Made by a program: the position numbers and the translations under genes. Shown one piece after another: positions 13,901 to 28,900 of a stretch of 64,000 nucleotides of DNA (position 1 is the first letter of the stretch; each line of letters begins with the position of its first letter). The stretch is from Channa argus (lineage: Eukaryota). The stretch spans positions 20,059,894 to 20,123,893 of the forward strand of contig NC_090210.1 of the NCBI RefSeq assembly GCF_033026475.1. The letters run 5' to 3'. A model generated the notes under the pieces. It saw nothing but the letters and a program-made list of their open reading frames with translations. It ran no database searches and was not told where the DNA came from.

Positions 13901-16900
13901 GAGTCCTGGAAAGTCCCTGTACTGGCAGCAGAGCCTGTTCAGGCTGTGCTGCAGCAACTGCTTCAGAGAGTGAGGCAAACTGTGGAGGTTCTCCTTCAAC
14001 TAAGACACAAAACAAAATCTGATGGAATCATTAATATGTTAAAAATGAAAGAATGTGAAAACTTTACTAAGCCATTGTAAAAAAATAAGGTTTGCTTCCT
14101 TGTACATGTTGAAAAATTCTGCTGTTGGGGGGTGAGCCAAACTGTGTACGAAAGGCCACCTATGGTTAATGCAGTCAACTCATTACCTACGTTATATCTT
14201 CCATCGTGTGGAGACAGTTGTAGGCAGTTAGGCCAGCTTGCTTCAATAGCGTTTTGAGAGAGAAGCTGACTGAATGACGAGTGATGCTGTGCATCTTAAT
14301 TAGCTGCCACTCGGGCTTGGCGTAACAGTACGTGTATAAATGCATTTATGAATACACAAGGGGCCACATCCCAAGAGAAACATGACAACTCTCATCAGAA
14401 AGTGGCTAAAAAGGTCACATCTGACCTTGTCAAACGAAGCAAAGTTCCTCAGGTCTTCACAGGCCAGGTGCAGGTAGAGAGGACTCCCTGCTCCATTCTT
14501 CATTATCAGTGTCTGCAGCTGGCCAAGCACAGCATGGTTTTAGGAGAAGAATTAGAGTCCAAATGTGTCAATGACAGCATAGTACACAGAGCTGCAGCAG
14601 AAAATGGAAAAAAATTATTTCTATGATACAAAACATAAGAAGCACCTGGTTGGCAAACGCAGAAGTACTTAGCTTCTTCCCAAAGATGTCCAGTCCCCTT
14701 TGAGCTATCTCTTTCCGGTCTGTCTCTGTAAGCTGTCCCAAAGTAAAAAGGACTGTGCGTCTCCTCTTGGCCAGGGTTTGCAACAGAGCTGTTTTAGATG
14801 TGACGCTCACAACCAAACACACACCCTAACAGAAAAACAGAAACTCATTTTATTCTAGAAATGTTTGAAGACTATACCTTAAGCAGTTAGTGTGTGTAAA
14901 TGTACTGTAGATTAATGGATGTTGCCTTTTAAATATGCACCTGCACCTCACTTTATAATAGAGTTGCATGATATTTGAAAGAATCAACATTAAAATATGT
15001 TTTCTCTTTTACATATTGGCAGAGGTTGCAAAAGTACAGAAGTAGGAGTACAGAAAAAACACAACAAAAAAACAGACTCTCTTGTATTGATTCCACTTCT
15101 TAAGTAAATTGAAAAAGTACAGGCTCTAAAATCTAACTTAGGTATAAAAGTAAAGAGTATATACAGTATACTGTAGTTTTAAATCACCTTTCAATCTCTG
15201 TGGCATGGCTACCTGCAGTTAGTGCCCGTTTTGGTAAAATATGTCACTACTACGTCAGTGAAGATTTTCAGCCACCTGGTAAAATTTGATAATATCCCAT
15301 ACTTTATGGATGTTGTTTGTGAACTTTTGAAGTATAAGGTGTTGGTGGAGTTGACACAGATAGGGTTTTGGAGAGCTGCTACCCTCCTAAAATCTTGAGT
15401 TTGTTTCAATTCACTACTTAGTTTGGGGAGAAAATATATATATATAGCTAGACCATAGAGATCAACACCTGTACGAAGACACTTGGAAATATTGACTGTT
15501 CCTGTCAGCAGAGACCAGCCATATAATGACAACAAAAACAAATCAAATCAAATCAATAATTTCCCTCAAAGGCATTAAAAAAATGTAACAAGCCTGTTTT
15601 TAAAATGTAAGAAGTAGAAAGTATAGATATTTGTATCAGAATGTAGGGAATAAAAGTAAAAAGCTGACAATAAAAAATACTAAAGTACAGATACCTTAAA
15701 TTCCAACAGTATTTTTACAACATTGCATCACCAGATAACTCGATTAGAAATACATAGCATAGAAATACACTCCTTGTTTCTGTTGCATTCTGTTTTTCTC
15801 TCCCCCCTTCTGTCTCCTTCCCTCTTCATTAATTTTATGAAATATATAACGTCTCTTTAAAATTCTATACAAACAAGCAGCCGTCAATCTGTCCTGAACT
15901 CTTTCATCACTCCATGTCAGTGTGGCCCGCCTAAGGGTACTTGTGTTTTAATCCCCGTGCAACACAAGTGGGTAGCAGATGAATGATCGCTCCATGTTAT
16001 CAGGATACAGTCGGGATGTAACGTTCCAAAGAAAAGCACTCTTAGATAATATGTAAATGAGACTGAAAAAGGCCAGGAAGATTTCATTACTAATGATAAA
16101 TGAGAACTGGGCTTGTTTTCCTTATGTACTTAGCAACAGAAAACTTTTATCATACATGTTGGGATTATTATGCCTAACTCGATATTGCACATCCTGCAAT
16201 GGGACTATTGTGCACACACCAATCGGAATGACGATGCTGGAACAATATATTGTGCAGCCCAACTACAAAAACTTTCCTTTAGTTTTCTACCCATGTGACC
16301 GACCTGTGGAAGCTGCCGTGGTATCCAGTCAGAGCTGAGCTGACCTGGGCCATCTCGGATAAGTTCCACCCCATCAACTAGCAGCACCAGAGGTCTGTTC
16401 TTCTTCGTGTCACTCAACGTTGAGTGAAATTCTGACAGTAAATCTCTGAGATTAAAATATAATTTTAGTCCATAATTAACATGACCTCCGAATCCTGACT
16501 ATTTGGATGACAACTGAAAATCTAATTACTTGTAAGAGTGGGGAAGAGGTGATTCCTTCTCAGCAACATTCATCTTCCTGAACCACTGAATGACGCAGCA
16601 AAGAAGGTTCCCCACAGAGCGAGCTGATTGGCTGGCAGCTGCAGAGTATGAGATGACATCACACACCAGGTTTCTCTTCGACTTGACTCCAGTCCTGAGG
16701 GCGTCGGCCAGAGCGGCCTGAGTGGAGACAGATAAATGTGAGTAGCATAATATTTTTTAGCAATTATGCAAATAGAGCTAAAGCAACTGATCAATCAAAA
16801 TCAAAATCAAAATCAATCAGCTAATAACAGAGAAATAATCTGCATATTTGAAACTTTATAAATCATAGTTATGTATAAAGTTCAAGTATTTCAAGTACAA

Positions 16901-19900
16901 ATGCCAAAATTCCAACAACATTCCTCCACTGGGTGATATTAATGTTGTGGCCGATACGTGTATGTATATGGCAGCAACAAAGTCATAAAAAAACGGTTAA
17001 AAAAATGTCATGTAAAAATTCATTTAGAGACATGTTCAGGGCTCTTTTGACAGTTCATTATTTTTAATAAACACATCTTACCAATAATCTCTGCTGCACA
17101 ACAGTAGTTACGGCTGTGTTTCACGTCTAATAGCTTTTATAGCAACTCTAGCACTTCAGAGACCATCACAAATTCAATCTTTTAAGGCAGAAACCCTGAA
17201 TCTATGGGGATAATTTACCATGAAGACAGTTTTGCCTTCTCCAGGTCCTCCCTCCACCAAGACCATCCCTCCTTCGACCTGGACCTGCTCCACCAGCTCC
17301 ACAGCCCCAGACATCAGCTTCGCCCTGCCGAGGAACTGTTGGTGCAGCGCCCTGTGGTGAACCTCCTGCTCAGTCACATCTGCTACAGCCTCAACCATGT
17401 CATCCTCCTGGCAGTCAGAGAATCAGGACTTTTAACTAACAAAACCTATTCTGAGTGTAACAGACGGCGAACAAAATGGCTTGGAGCTGACTTTGTTTAC
17501 TTAAGAGTTTAGCAAATGAAACATTAGTGTAACGAACTTCCACAAACAGCTTCACAACAGCCGCCCAAAGATCTTCCAGCACAGCCTTGCCAAAGTCGTC
17601 CAGGTTTTTCAGATATGGCTTCCCATCCAAAACATGTCCCCACTCACATGGGTAACTAGGGCAAAAAAAAAAACACACCGTAAACCAGACGTGCAGATTT
17701 AGGTAAAAATGTAATTGAAGTGACTTGTTATTGTGAACTGAAGAGAATTTGAATGTGTAATTTTCAAAAAATAAATTTTTTTTTTTAAATCAATGCAGCA
17801 AAATAGATCTAGGAATAGACTTTTTTTTTAGCTGCAATCCAAACTTAGTGAATAGTATTTTAAAGTAATGGTCCGTGTTTTTTTTATACTGGTCTTAAGA
17901 CAATATTGAGGCGCTTATATGTACGTAACAATAGGTTTTTAGTTGCTACCCGTGCTCTGCAAAAATGCTGAGATTCACCTGGAAAGCGACACTGTAAACA
18001 AAAATTGGGGCCACAATGCACATAGTAGAAACATTTGTCATCAAGACGTACTGCCACGTACACATAAGCACAGAAAATTTATATTAAGACCAGCTTAAAG
18101 ATTCCAAAATAGTATCACAAACTGTTTAGAAGACTGACTCACTTCTCAGTAACCTTAACATCACTGGCCCAGATCCTACTTTTCAGAGATGCCATTTTTG
18201 ACGCAGCGTCCTGTGATTCAGGGACAAACTCTGATTTCCAGGCCACTGGAACTGATCTGACAAACAGAAAAAACAGATAAAGAAATTGAGACATAAAGAA
18301 AGTACAAGGGATAGACCTAATAGAAATTGTGATGTGTGAATATAACCACGGACAGCCTACTTGGTTATGTTTGGATCTCTGAAGTAGCAGAACATTCGCT
18401 GGCGAGCTGTGTCTGGGTAAAGAGCCTGAAACTGACGGATCTCCATCTCTGTGATCGACAGACCAGGTGGAGCCGATGCCAGCTATACATGAAGAACAAA
18501 GAGGGAAACTTAGCATTTCTGTCAACTCCAATTGCAAAAAAATAGCTTTAAACTGTTGCTGTAAAATGAATTTGAAGTTTAGTTGTTATGTCTCCTTTAT
18601 GGACATTGAGGTCTAATATAAATATTAAAAAAAAAACACATGGGAGATGTGCAGGCTATGTACATGTCCCAGCTATAAATACCATGTAATAATCTACTGT
18701 GGTTGTGTTGAATCTTCTTGAAGGGACCTGGTGTTTATCACAAATTAATTGCTCAGTGGAATATGATATATGCTTCAATTCTGTACTTAGGTTGCAGGAA
18801 TAAAAGGGGGTAAGTACAGTTTGTATTATTGGGGTTTGTGAACTCGCCTGTGTCTCAAGAGTCTAAGTGCAGACAGACTGCGTAAGGTAGAGGGCCCTCT
18901 GTTTGTAGATGATCTTCCACTCTTTAGTGTAGGTCACAGGAGCTAGAAAGCTACATTCTCCCAGAGAAAAATGGGACATGCTGCTATTAGTCCTGCAGGC
19001 ACTGACAAAGTCACCCACTGAACTTGTGCCAAGAGGAACCCTCATAAATATTTTAATTAGGACAACTTTTCTGCTGGCAATTAAAACAGAGAAGATGTGA
19101 GTGAACTGGCCAAATGTTAGATTTTATCTGGTATCATGCCAGCGGTGTGGCTACATCCTGGACAGCCATGGGAGGGGGACAACTATTACCAAATGCTGCA
19201 GCAGCATTCTGGGCAGCTCTGGGCTCCAAACACCAGCCCAAATAGTTAATCATGAAATATCCCCTAGACCTGAATAACCAAAACTAATGAATGAATGAAT
19301 GGACTGGAAGATAACCCTATTAAAAACATACAATTAACATTTAAAATAAGGTTTTTAATTACCTTGGTGAACTCTGCTTATTCCATTTTTTTTACCTACG
19401 TATTTGTTTTCAAAATTTTTAATTCAACCCTCTTGAAAATAGAAAACAATGTACAATGATGCATGAGCATTGTTCTTTAACAGGATATAGTTTTTGACAA
19501 CTTAACCAATTTTAATCTTCAAATCATTGAAAAACAAAAGCGCTATCTCAGCTCTACTTATTCATTTTGTCATTTTTGTAGTATAATACCAGGTCTTACC
19601 CAGCTGTACTGTGGCAGGTCAGGTAGAAAAGGTTTGGGGAGCTCTGGGCCATACCTCTCCCCCAGGATTCCAACCATCATCTGGCTGGAACAAACCTCTG
19701 ACAGGCAAAGGTTAGTGGCTCGGTCCAACTCCACCTCTGTCAAACCCCAGCGCAGCTCCACCTCCTGCAGATACAGGCAGTGTGACGCAGCACGGCGACG
19801 AAGCTCAGGGAAAACACTCCGTGCCAACACGTCCCGCTCAGCATACATGTCTCCGAAGGTGGAGGAGATGAAAACTCGCACACACTGCCACCTGGAGACA

Positions 19901-22900
19901 GAAGGAGCTGATGTTGATTGAGAAAAGATGCCAGGGCTTGCCACTAACGCTTGACCTGGGTAAAAGTAAACTGCCTTATGCAGAATGGGCAGGTGAAAAA
20001 GTCTTTTCCAGACATTGATTTATGTGTGTTCCCCGATAAAAATTGGTTAAAATTGTATTTTACTGTAGAGCTTCACGCAGCATATTTGATCTTTAAGTGT
20101 CCACAATCTCTGAGTTCAGATGAACCAGAGACCAAGCCATTTTATTTTTAATTTGATGCTGTCCTAGTATTAATTAAACGTGGATCCATGCTACAGACGA
20201 AGTGTTCAAACTTGTTTTAACAAGGTATAGAAAAAGTGTCAACATATACACACAGTTCTTCAAACCTCCCACACTAGTTTCTGACATCCGTGATAATGAT
20301 AATGAATGATTATTCACAGGACTCTTACTCTCATTGGTGTCATGTCAATGTTTTAAGCTGCAAAACAAATTTTTGAATCAGGCCCTTCAGTATTTCGTTT
20401 AATTAGTTTGTTAAATATTAGGTGTAAAGTCAGGCAACAGATGTTATTGTAATGTGTTAGATACACATTTAATTAACATGTAATTGTTGTTAGAAATACA
20501 GACTACAATGATTCCATAATTTATTTGTTGTTCACATCTGTAGACAAATGCAGTATTTTGAGTATCAAACCATAATCGTTAAGTCACAGTCCTACATTTT
20601 TAGGACCCTCAATTTTAGGTTTTGTATATTAATAAAATGTAATGGTCAAAATTCCTGTTATTTTGTTTATCATTTAATAGTTCTAAATTTTTGGTTTTAA
20701 ACAAGTAAAGGATCCGTTACCTACCCGGACTAAAAAGCTTAATGTAAAGCCCTGGATGCATTTTTTTGTTTTGATATTAGAAAGAACACATGCAGACATA
20801 TAAGATTTTCAGTTTAAAGTTTTTATTCTTTTTGCAAAAATTACCTTAATTTTGGGCTGGATGGTATTGGGATGACATCATCTAAAGTCGGACGGTCTTT
20901 AGCTGACACTGGTGGTGGGATGTTGTACACTTTGTCCAAGTGCTCCACATGGTCCAGTAGTCTGGGAGATCCACGTGCTGCCACCACCCTGATCACATAA
21001 ACATACATTTTTCTGATTTGTTGGAAAAGGCTGAAAAGCGCCAATCTCTAATCCATAAAATAAATATGATAGCATAACAATGTAGACTGTAAAGTTAAAC
21101 TGTCTCTGCTCTAAGCTGACACCTGACAGAATGTCTGAAGTTAATTCAACGGACATGACAAGGCTCACAATTTTCTAGTTTTCTGCATAAATTGGGTGAT
21201 GAAATGTGATCTGATTTTCCCCAAAGTCGTAAATATCAACAAACACAATATTTCTAAGCTGAAAAAACATAACAGCCATGCTCTTTCATGCCTTTATTGA
21301 ACACACATAATGAAAAGTGGACTGAGCTTAAAATTCCTACATTTGTATAAAAGGTTTTTACCTCAGCATTTGTTCACTGAATTCTGTCAACTTCACACAG
21401 TTTCTGTCAGTCGGGTTCGGGTCCGGGAAATTGTCCCTGTAACAATACAACAGTATATGCATTCAGGATTAGAATAGCAGATGCTGATATTAACACAGTC
21501 TGAGATTTATCACTTAACAGGTCCAATAGGTTTTTTTACAGGGACATTTTTCATCAATCAAAAAAAAAAATACATAAAAAATAATATATGTGGCCAGTCA
21601 CTACTGTTATCAGTATCAGATTTCCAATACTGTCTGAGAACCAGATATAAAAGCATATAAGAAGAGAAAAATAAAAAACTACCAGTCGTTCATGTAGAGG
21701 TGCATCACGAGGGTTTGGTTGTTTATTTTGTTCACGTAGGTCTCAACGGCCCACCTAACATCTTGACTGATGAACATGCAAGCATTTGTCACCAAAATGA
21801 TGTTGTCCACCTAAGATACAAAAGTATACAGTTTGGTCATCTGATAGATGGGAATGACGAACTGCATGCCAGATCCACTAAGGGCTTCGAAAAAAAACAA
21901 CAACAACAATACGGCAGTGCCCTTTCAAGACCACAATTGAAATTTTTTTTTCATACACTCATTTCACATTTTTGTTTCTTCTAATGATAACAGATCAGTT
22001 GTACTTCCTGAATGTCCATTGTTAGTACACTAGGTTTGGGATCAAGTTTGCGTCCCCTTACAATTCAACTGTGTGTAGGTTGATGCAAACTTACCCCTGA
22101 GTAGTAGAGTAGATTAATTTGTGCCTCAGATCACTGTCTTGTTAAAGGATCAACTGCCTTCTAACTTTTTTGCTTTTAAATCTTACGATGTCGGGCTCCG
22201 TTCATTCTTTCTTCCTCTTCCTACAGAGCTCCAGCTGCCACACGTACCAGTGCAAATTATGACCAAATAATTCTACTTTGGTCTCATTAGAGCACACAAT
22301 CATGTTCCAAATCAGATTTGGTTCTTAATCACATAATCCTTAGTACTGTATACTCTAAGCATCTGCCTTATGTCTAAAAGTGCTTTTTTCTCCCTAGCGT
22401 TCCAGAGTTGTGCAGACTATGTTTTCACTGTGGAGATGTGAAAGCAAACTGACCCTGGAGGACTACCCCACTTTAAAGTGCATTTATTTACACGCCTGCT
22501 GCCACCAAACCAAAGGGGATGCAAACTTTTGCACTGATATAACTTTCATAATTTCACTTTTTAAACACTCCTCGGCCATTTTTGTTTATTCTGTCGATGA
22601 AGGAACATTTGTACTAGCTGAACATATTGTTGATGTGCTGAAATGCCATTTGTTTCTATCTTTTTACCATTTCAGTGTAAGCGGATGCAAACTTTTTCCA
22701 CTCCACTCTAGATCCCTTTGACATGTTTGGGAGCAAGAGAGTAATTTCCACTATTTCACTCAACTGTACATACAGCATATAAAAATAAACTAACCTTGTT
22801 TTTCTCGGTCAATAGTCTGAAGAAGGTTTTGCTGTGATCCACATATGAATACTTCTTCTTCTGTATATGCACCTGTGAAAGAAAAGCATTCAAACTTCTT

Positions 22901-25900
22901 TCAAAGCATGGAGCTCAGAAATAAAGATGAAAACAAAACAATAACTTGTAAACAAAACACGGATACAATACTACAGGATAGAAAAAACTCCAGACCTTTA
23001 CTCGCTTCATGACACTTCTGACATTTTCCAAAAGGACATCAGATGTCAACTTGATTTCTTCCATACGTTTCCAATTGTGCAAAAACATGTGACAATCTTC
23101 AGCACTGCTGCCAATCATCAGAGAGAGCAAAACGGGTAACTTCATCGTCTGAAGAAATATAAAGGGAGAGGTTAGCTTAGTTATGATCATTCGTTCAGAT
23201 ACACTATACGCCATATAAGTGTTATCGCAAATCAAAAGAAAACAGAATCTTACATCCTCCTCCTCTTTTTTTGTCCACCCTCTTCTCTTTTGCCTTTTTT
23301 CTTCCTTGTCTTCCTGATTATTTCCCTGCGTTGTTTGGTCTGGCGGAAGGTAAAACTTTGGTTTCGGGTCCAAGGGCATCTTGATCCTGTAGAACACGAT
23401 AATGGTTCGTCCAGGGAGGGGTGGCACGTTGTAATCACAGGAGATCTGCACAGCGGTCTCCAGAGCTTTGCGGTAACGATCCAGTAGATCAACCGTGTAC
23501 AGCCGCCTACTGGTTGCACAGATAGAGTAACAATTACATTACAGGATGGAACATGTTTTCTGGTAATCCAAGCTGAAGTCACTTTGTCTAGTGTATTGTT
23601 CGAAATGATCGTACATCAGCAGGTTTGTACTGTCTTTGCAATCCTTTAATGACTCCTACTGTATGACTTTCAAACTAAAAATATGACTTCATATGTCACT
23701 TCATACAAATGCTCTGACATAGTGAGCACTTGAACAGTCAAGTGCCCCAAAGGCAGATGATCTTTGCATAGCTCTAGACATGTTCAAACTAATATTTACA
23801 CGGTATTACCAAGATACTGCTATGCGCAGGGTCACATTATTGACAAAATGTCATGTACCATATACAATCAGACAAGACAAACAAGAACAAACCCAATACA
23901 TTTGGAAAAAATGAAATGTTGGACTAGTTAAACTATAACGATGATCCACGCTACAAACCAATTGCAACACAAGTACATATACCTATTATTATTAATATTC
24001 CATTGATCAACATCATTGATTGATTTCGTGTGTTGCTCAAATCTGCAGAGATGTTGTGTTATTCACAGATATCTGCTGCACTTTGCTTGATGGGTTTTGT
24101 TGTTCTGCTTTAAAATCCACTTCTTGAGACAAAGGAGCCTTCTTGAGCCAATTGTTATTGACAGTATTTTGGTTTGCATTCAGAGTGATGTCCATAAATG
24201 CCATGTCTATAATGCCTATACCTTTTGGCTCATATCAGCATGCTTCCACCTTCATGTTTAATATTTGGCAAGGTGGTGGTTTCTAGCAAGGTACATGCCA
24301 ATCAATCATCAAATACTTCATAAAATTATTGTAGGTCATCTTTACATTTCTCTGAGCAGGGCTCTGGGTGCACTAGCTTCTGTAAAGTAAGTGGCTGGAA
24401 TTGGGCAGTTTGAGGGGTTTAGAGTCTTGCCCAGATATATTTATCTACCAACTGACCCCCATCTTTGCACTGCATACTCTCTGGTATTAAAGAGGACTTA
24501 AACGTCTGAGATTTCAAACACTTCAGAAAACCTAAAGTCCGATCAAATTTAAGAAATAAAAGTGAAAAACCAGCATCAGCAACATTTTCATACTCGGCCT
24601 TTAGCATCTGGGCCTTCTTCATTTTGTACAACCGATAGATAAACGGGACCCCCAGCGTCGCCCTTATCCTCCTCGGCTTGGTCTTTTCCCAGAACACACG
24701 ACTGAAGCGTCTGCTCTTGGGAATCTTTTTCAGGATGCCCTTCAGGATATCTTTAACAGTGGGAAGTGCTTGTTGTGATGTCGAGGCTGAAAGACAAAGA
24801 GTAATCTCAATTAGATTGCTTTATTTTCGTGATATCTCTACATAGGCCTGGCCCCCTGCCTATTTAGACCCAGCTCTCCCCATAGTTCCCTCCCAGATCC
24901 TTGTATTTTCTCCCTGACTGAACACCCTGCCTTCTGGTTGCCGTCTTACTTAGACTGCTGACTCTTGTTATTTGGACTCTGTTTGCCTGCACCTTTTGGT
25001 CTAAGCTTTGGTAGTTGTGTTCCTCATTTAGCTCCATATGCACAGTTAGTTTACTCTTATTAGAATTCTACATTTGTTTTGGATATTCACACACTTCACT
25101 TTACACCTGTTCCTAGTCTTCCCTGGGACATGCACTTTTGTATATGACCTGGTAAGTTAGTGCCCACTTTTAAGTAACTGTTTTAACTGGTTTGCATGTG
25201 TTCTTTTGTCTGTGCTCTATTTTGATAATCCTTTACTTATCCTCAGTTATTTCTGGTCCCCTTTTCTGTTTAGTTTTCCCCTGATTGGTTTTTATGTATG
25301 CATTTTATATTATTACCTTCTACGACCAAGTCAGCTTTATGTTCTTTTATAAAGCTGTTGGTCTTGTCCAAGCTACTCAATGGAGTTTTAAAAGGCACTT
25401 ATGAACTTACTCAGGTCATTACTTTATGAAACCATTATCACCTTCCTTTTAGGTCAAATACTTTGCCAAGTACTGTACATGTATCTCACTCAAAGTTTGA
25501 AGCTCCATGATGACTTTATAGGCCATAAGGAATGTGAAGGGAAACTGCCGGCTCTCTATAACTTCTTTCTGTGAGCACATCAAAATCAGAGGTCAAGTAC
25601 TTGATGCACCCTGGTTCAAGAGTTAATATTACAAATGTGACTACTTAAAAAAATAAAATCATTAGTATATAAATTTGTATTTTTTTTTAAAGTAGTAAAT
25701 AACTAATCTTACCTTGTTGGCCAATCTGCTGAGGATCTTGTTGTGATGAGTCTCACTAATGCCCATAGATATTATGTTCCTCAGGTTCCTCAGCATGGCC
25801 ATGAAAGGAAGACATTCATTGTCTGTACAAAGACATAAACCATATGCGATTATGTATTCAATGAGGATTCAGAGTCGCCTTGTTACCACTCGTAAACCAC

Positions 25901-28900
25901 CTTCTCAGAAGCCTGTTGAAATGCTGTGTTGATCCACCAGCTGCAATAGTGGTTGGTGTTAGGATACTGCAAAGCATGTGATGATCTGAACTTTCTGCAT
26001 TGTGAACAATAATGCTACATGAATCCAGTTTCAGGTCTGTGTGTCCTGACAGTGGGCTACACACACCAGCAGAACAGGCGAAGGTGGTGAAGGTGTGTTC
26101 ATGTTTATTTGGGCTTTAGAATGTAATCGCAGAGAAAGCATCAGAAAATAATGCTTTATGTCTCGCTCACTGAGTCAGGGAGAAGGGGGCAACTGAGCAG
26201 TGCCAGTTTCAGTCTAATCATTTCACATGTACTAGTACATGTAGAACACATTAAATGTCCACAAGACTGTAACTTTTAGTGAGACATCTGCGGGTGTGCA
26301 GCGGTAACTTCATCAACCTGAACGTCATTTGACTAAACAACCTCACAAACAGCAGAAGTGGTGCTCAGCCGCCATCATCCCTGTGGAAGCACTGTGATGA
26401 ACCTATTCCATCGTTGGAAGCATGTCATGTAGTTATGCTGTCACTGTAGAAACAATTGTTACAACTGTCTCGTGTTTTTGTTTGAATCAGACCTATGATC
26501 TTCTCCCAGGTGGCAGCATTGTTGCCCTTTCGGCTGAGCAGGTGTTCCCACGTTTCTGGTTCTTTGAGCATCATTCTCTGCCCAGCTCTCTCCTTGTCCC
26601 ACACACCCTTCATTCCACTGTGGTTGAATGCTGTCAGATCAGCAGGATACCTGCAATAAACCCAACCACAACGCAACCATTGGATAAAGCCAAACACTGC
26701 ACAATAGCAAAGATGAAGGGTAAATAGTTTGCACTTATATTTTCTACCCTTTGGAAAAAAAAGCTTTACACTGCTCCTCATTCACCCATTAGCACTCACA
26801 ATCACACACACTCATACACCGATGGGGGAGCTGCTATGCAGCTGGCCAACACTCACCGGGAGCAACTAACTTCGGGTTCAGTGTCTTGCTCAAGGAGACT
26901 TTGACATGTGATCAGAGGAGCCGGTGGATCGAACCAACAACTGCAGGATTGTTGGACGATCGCTCTACCTTCCTGTGCCACAGTCGACCCACAGATAACA
27001 GGTGTATAACCAGGCCTATTTTTCTAGCATCTCTATTCCTTTGTCTGTTAATCTACATTTCTACTGGCTAAAGAACTAAATGCTGACTAAATGTTAACAG
27101 TAATAAAAAGTACAGTTCTTATTGTGTAAATTCTTTTCTTTAAAATTTGAGTAATGTAAGACCTGTGTAAGACTTTTTATTAGATAGATGGAAAAGAAAG
27201 TATTTCCAGTTCCTAGAAAGACATTGTATTGCGTCAAATTACATTCATTTTAAATAGTCGGGCCAAAACATTAAAATCACCCCTAATATAATGAACTATG
27301 ACTCCACCATCCACTATGACCTCAATGATAAACACATAAATTATCACCTTTCTGTTTAAAACATGACTTTTAAAATAGAATACATGGCAGAGCTGCTGTA
27401 TTGGATGGCATTTGATTGCACAGGTGTAATTAATAACGTGTTCAGTAAATGTACTTCTCCCTGTGTGTCCCTGTGTATCTTACTTTTGTCCCAGAATGGC
27501 CATGACATGTTCGGCCGGTTCTTTAATATGGAGTCTCTTAATCATCTTCTTCATAGTGAAATCACTCTTTTCATCCACCCCAACGTTGCCGTCTTTTATC
27601 TGCATCTGAAGACGTATGTAAACCAATTTTCCCAGCAGTTTGTTTCTTAAAAATTACATCTTAAAATTCAATCTTAAGACTAACAATCACAGCAGGGATA
27701 GATATAAACTATAATTAGCTCTACTACATTAAAGTACGTATAAAAATGGAAAAGTACAAAGACTTACAAAATTCTTTACGACAGAGTCATCTGCTCTGAT
27801 CAAGTCTGCCCACTGTTTCAGCTGCTGTTTATTTGGTTTCTAGAAATCAAAGAGAATATGCAAAGAGTATAAACGTCTTATTAGATTATGTATTTACTAA
27901 AGCTTAATTGACAGTACTTAAAAAGTACTAAAAAAGAAAGCACAGAAGCACAAAACGTTTTTTATCTTTTTTCATCCAGGGCAGTTTTTGTGTGTTTCAA
28001 TTGTGAGTGTTATCAGTAATACTGAGAATTGTTTATTGTCTGTTAGTAACAGGGGTGTAGGGTTATTTTAACTTTCTGATTTCCTAGTTTGAAAATGCAC
28101 ACGCGAGGGATTTAATTTAAAATCCAACACAATACACAAATCTTTTGTACTTTTACCCTATATACAGTACAGGATTTATTTTTTACACATTTTTGGTGAC
28201 GGATACCATCACCGTAGATACTATATACAAACCTTTACAAATCATCATCATCCACCATAAAGATACTTTTCATTTTAGTTATTACACTTGATGTCATTTA
28301 TGTAAAATCTAATGGATTATATAGTTGATCCATAAATATCTGTAAACTGCAATGTTAGATTTGTTTTTCAAAGTGATGTAATAAAATTTATTTTAAAAAA
28401 AAGCCAGAATATTTAGGTTAAAATAATAAAGAATTTGTTTACACATATTGAGGAATCTATATTCAACTGTTTTATTTAATGATGGGTTATAATAAAAAAT
28501 GCATTTAGTTGAAAATATTGTGAATTATTGACTGTAATGTCATACTCTGCATCTATGGTTACTGGATTTGTTAACACTTTTGTATTAAAGTGAAATTCTA
28601 TTTTGTAAATACAATTTTGAAGAAAAAGGTGATCATAAACGTTGTCTATGGACCAGACCACAATCCTGACAGATTCATTGCATTGTACAAAGGAAACAGC
28701 CACAAACATCACCCTAATGACGGCAAAACCTCTGTTATGCATAAAGCAGTACGTATTGTTAATATAAAGACCAAAAAGACCAAATTAAAATCTTCTGTAC
28801 CTTGCTTTTGCGACTGTATTCACACTGCTGTTTTCGTGTGTTATATTTTGCCAGTTGATGCTCGCTGAACTGTTTGAACTTGTCAGCCATTGCCTTCTTC

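Noticed and set aside
16200-17410. Considered whether the NACHT exons belong to a fish NLR (NLR-C) immune-receptor cluster or to NWD1 or NWD2.
   Set aside because: The same transcript units also carry TROVE-domain exons (PETWExLLS..GN.A..WE, FPFRFL) and the TEP1-specific N-region RRYYCAAVQLPSDW. Together with DUF4062 and a WD40 tail, that combination is diagnostic of TEP1. There are no LRR or B30.2 exons.
17204-17512. Plus-strand ORFs overlapping tep1 exons. Examples are 17204-17512, 19634-19921, 55793-56053, 55860-56135, 54308-54496, 41525-41766, 7280-7576, 30357-30602 and 27363-27650.
   Set aside because: These are antisense shadow ORFs of minus-strand exons. Their translations are low-complexity, or Glu- and Arg-rich mirrors of Ser- and Leu-rich exons. 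None has homology to known domains.
24800-25330. Possible uncharacterised repeat in a tep1-A intron, with a pyrimidine-rich, low-complexity look.
   Set aside because: I could not find a second copy in the window, or diagnostic termini or coding potential. I left it unannotated.
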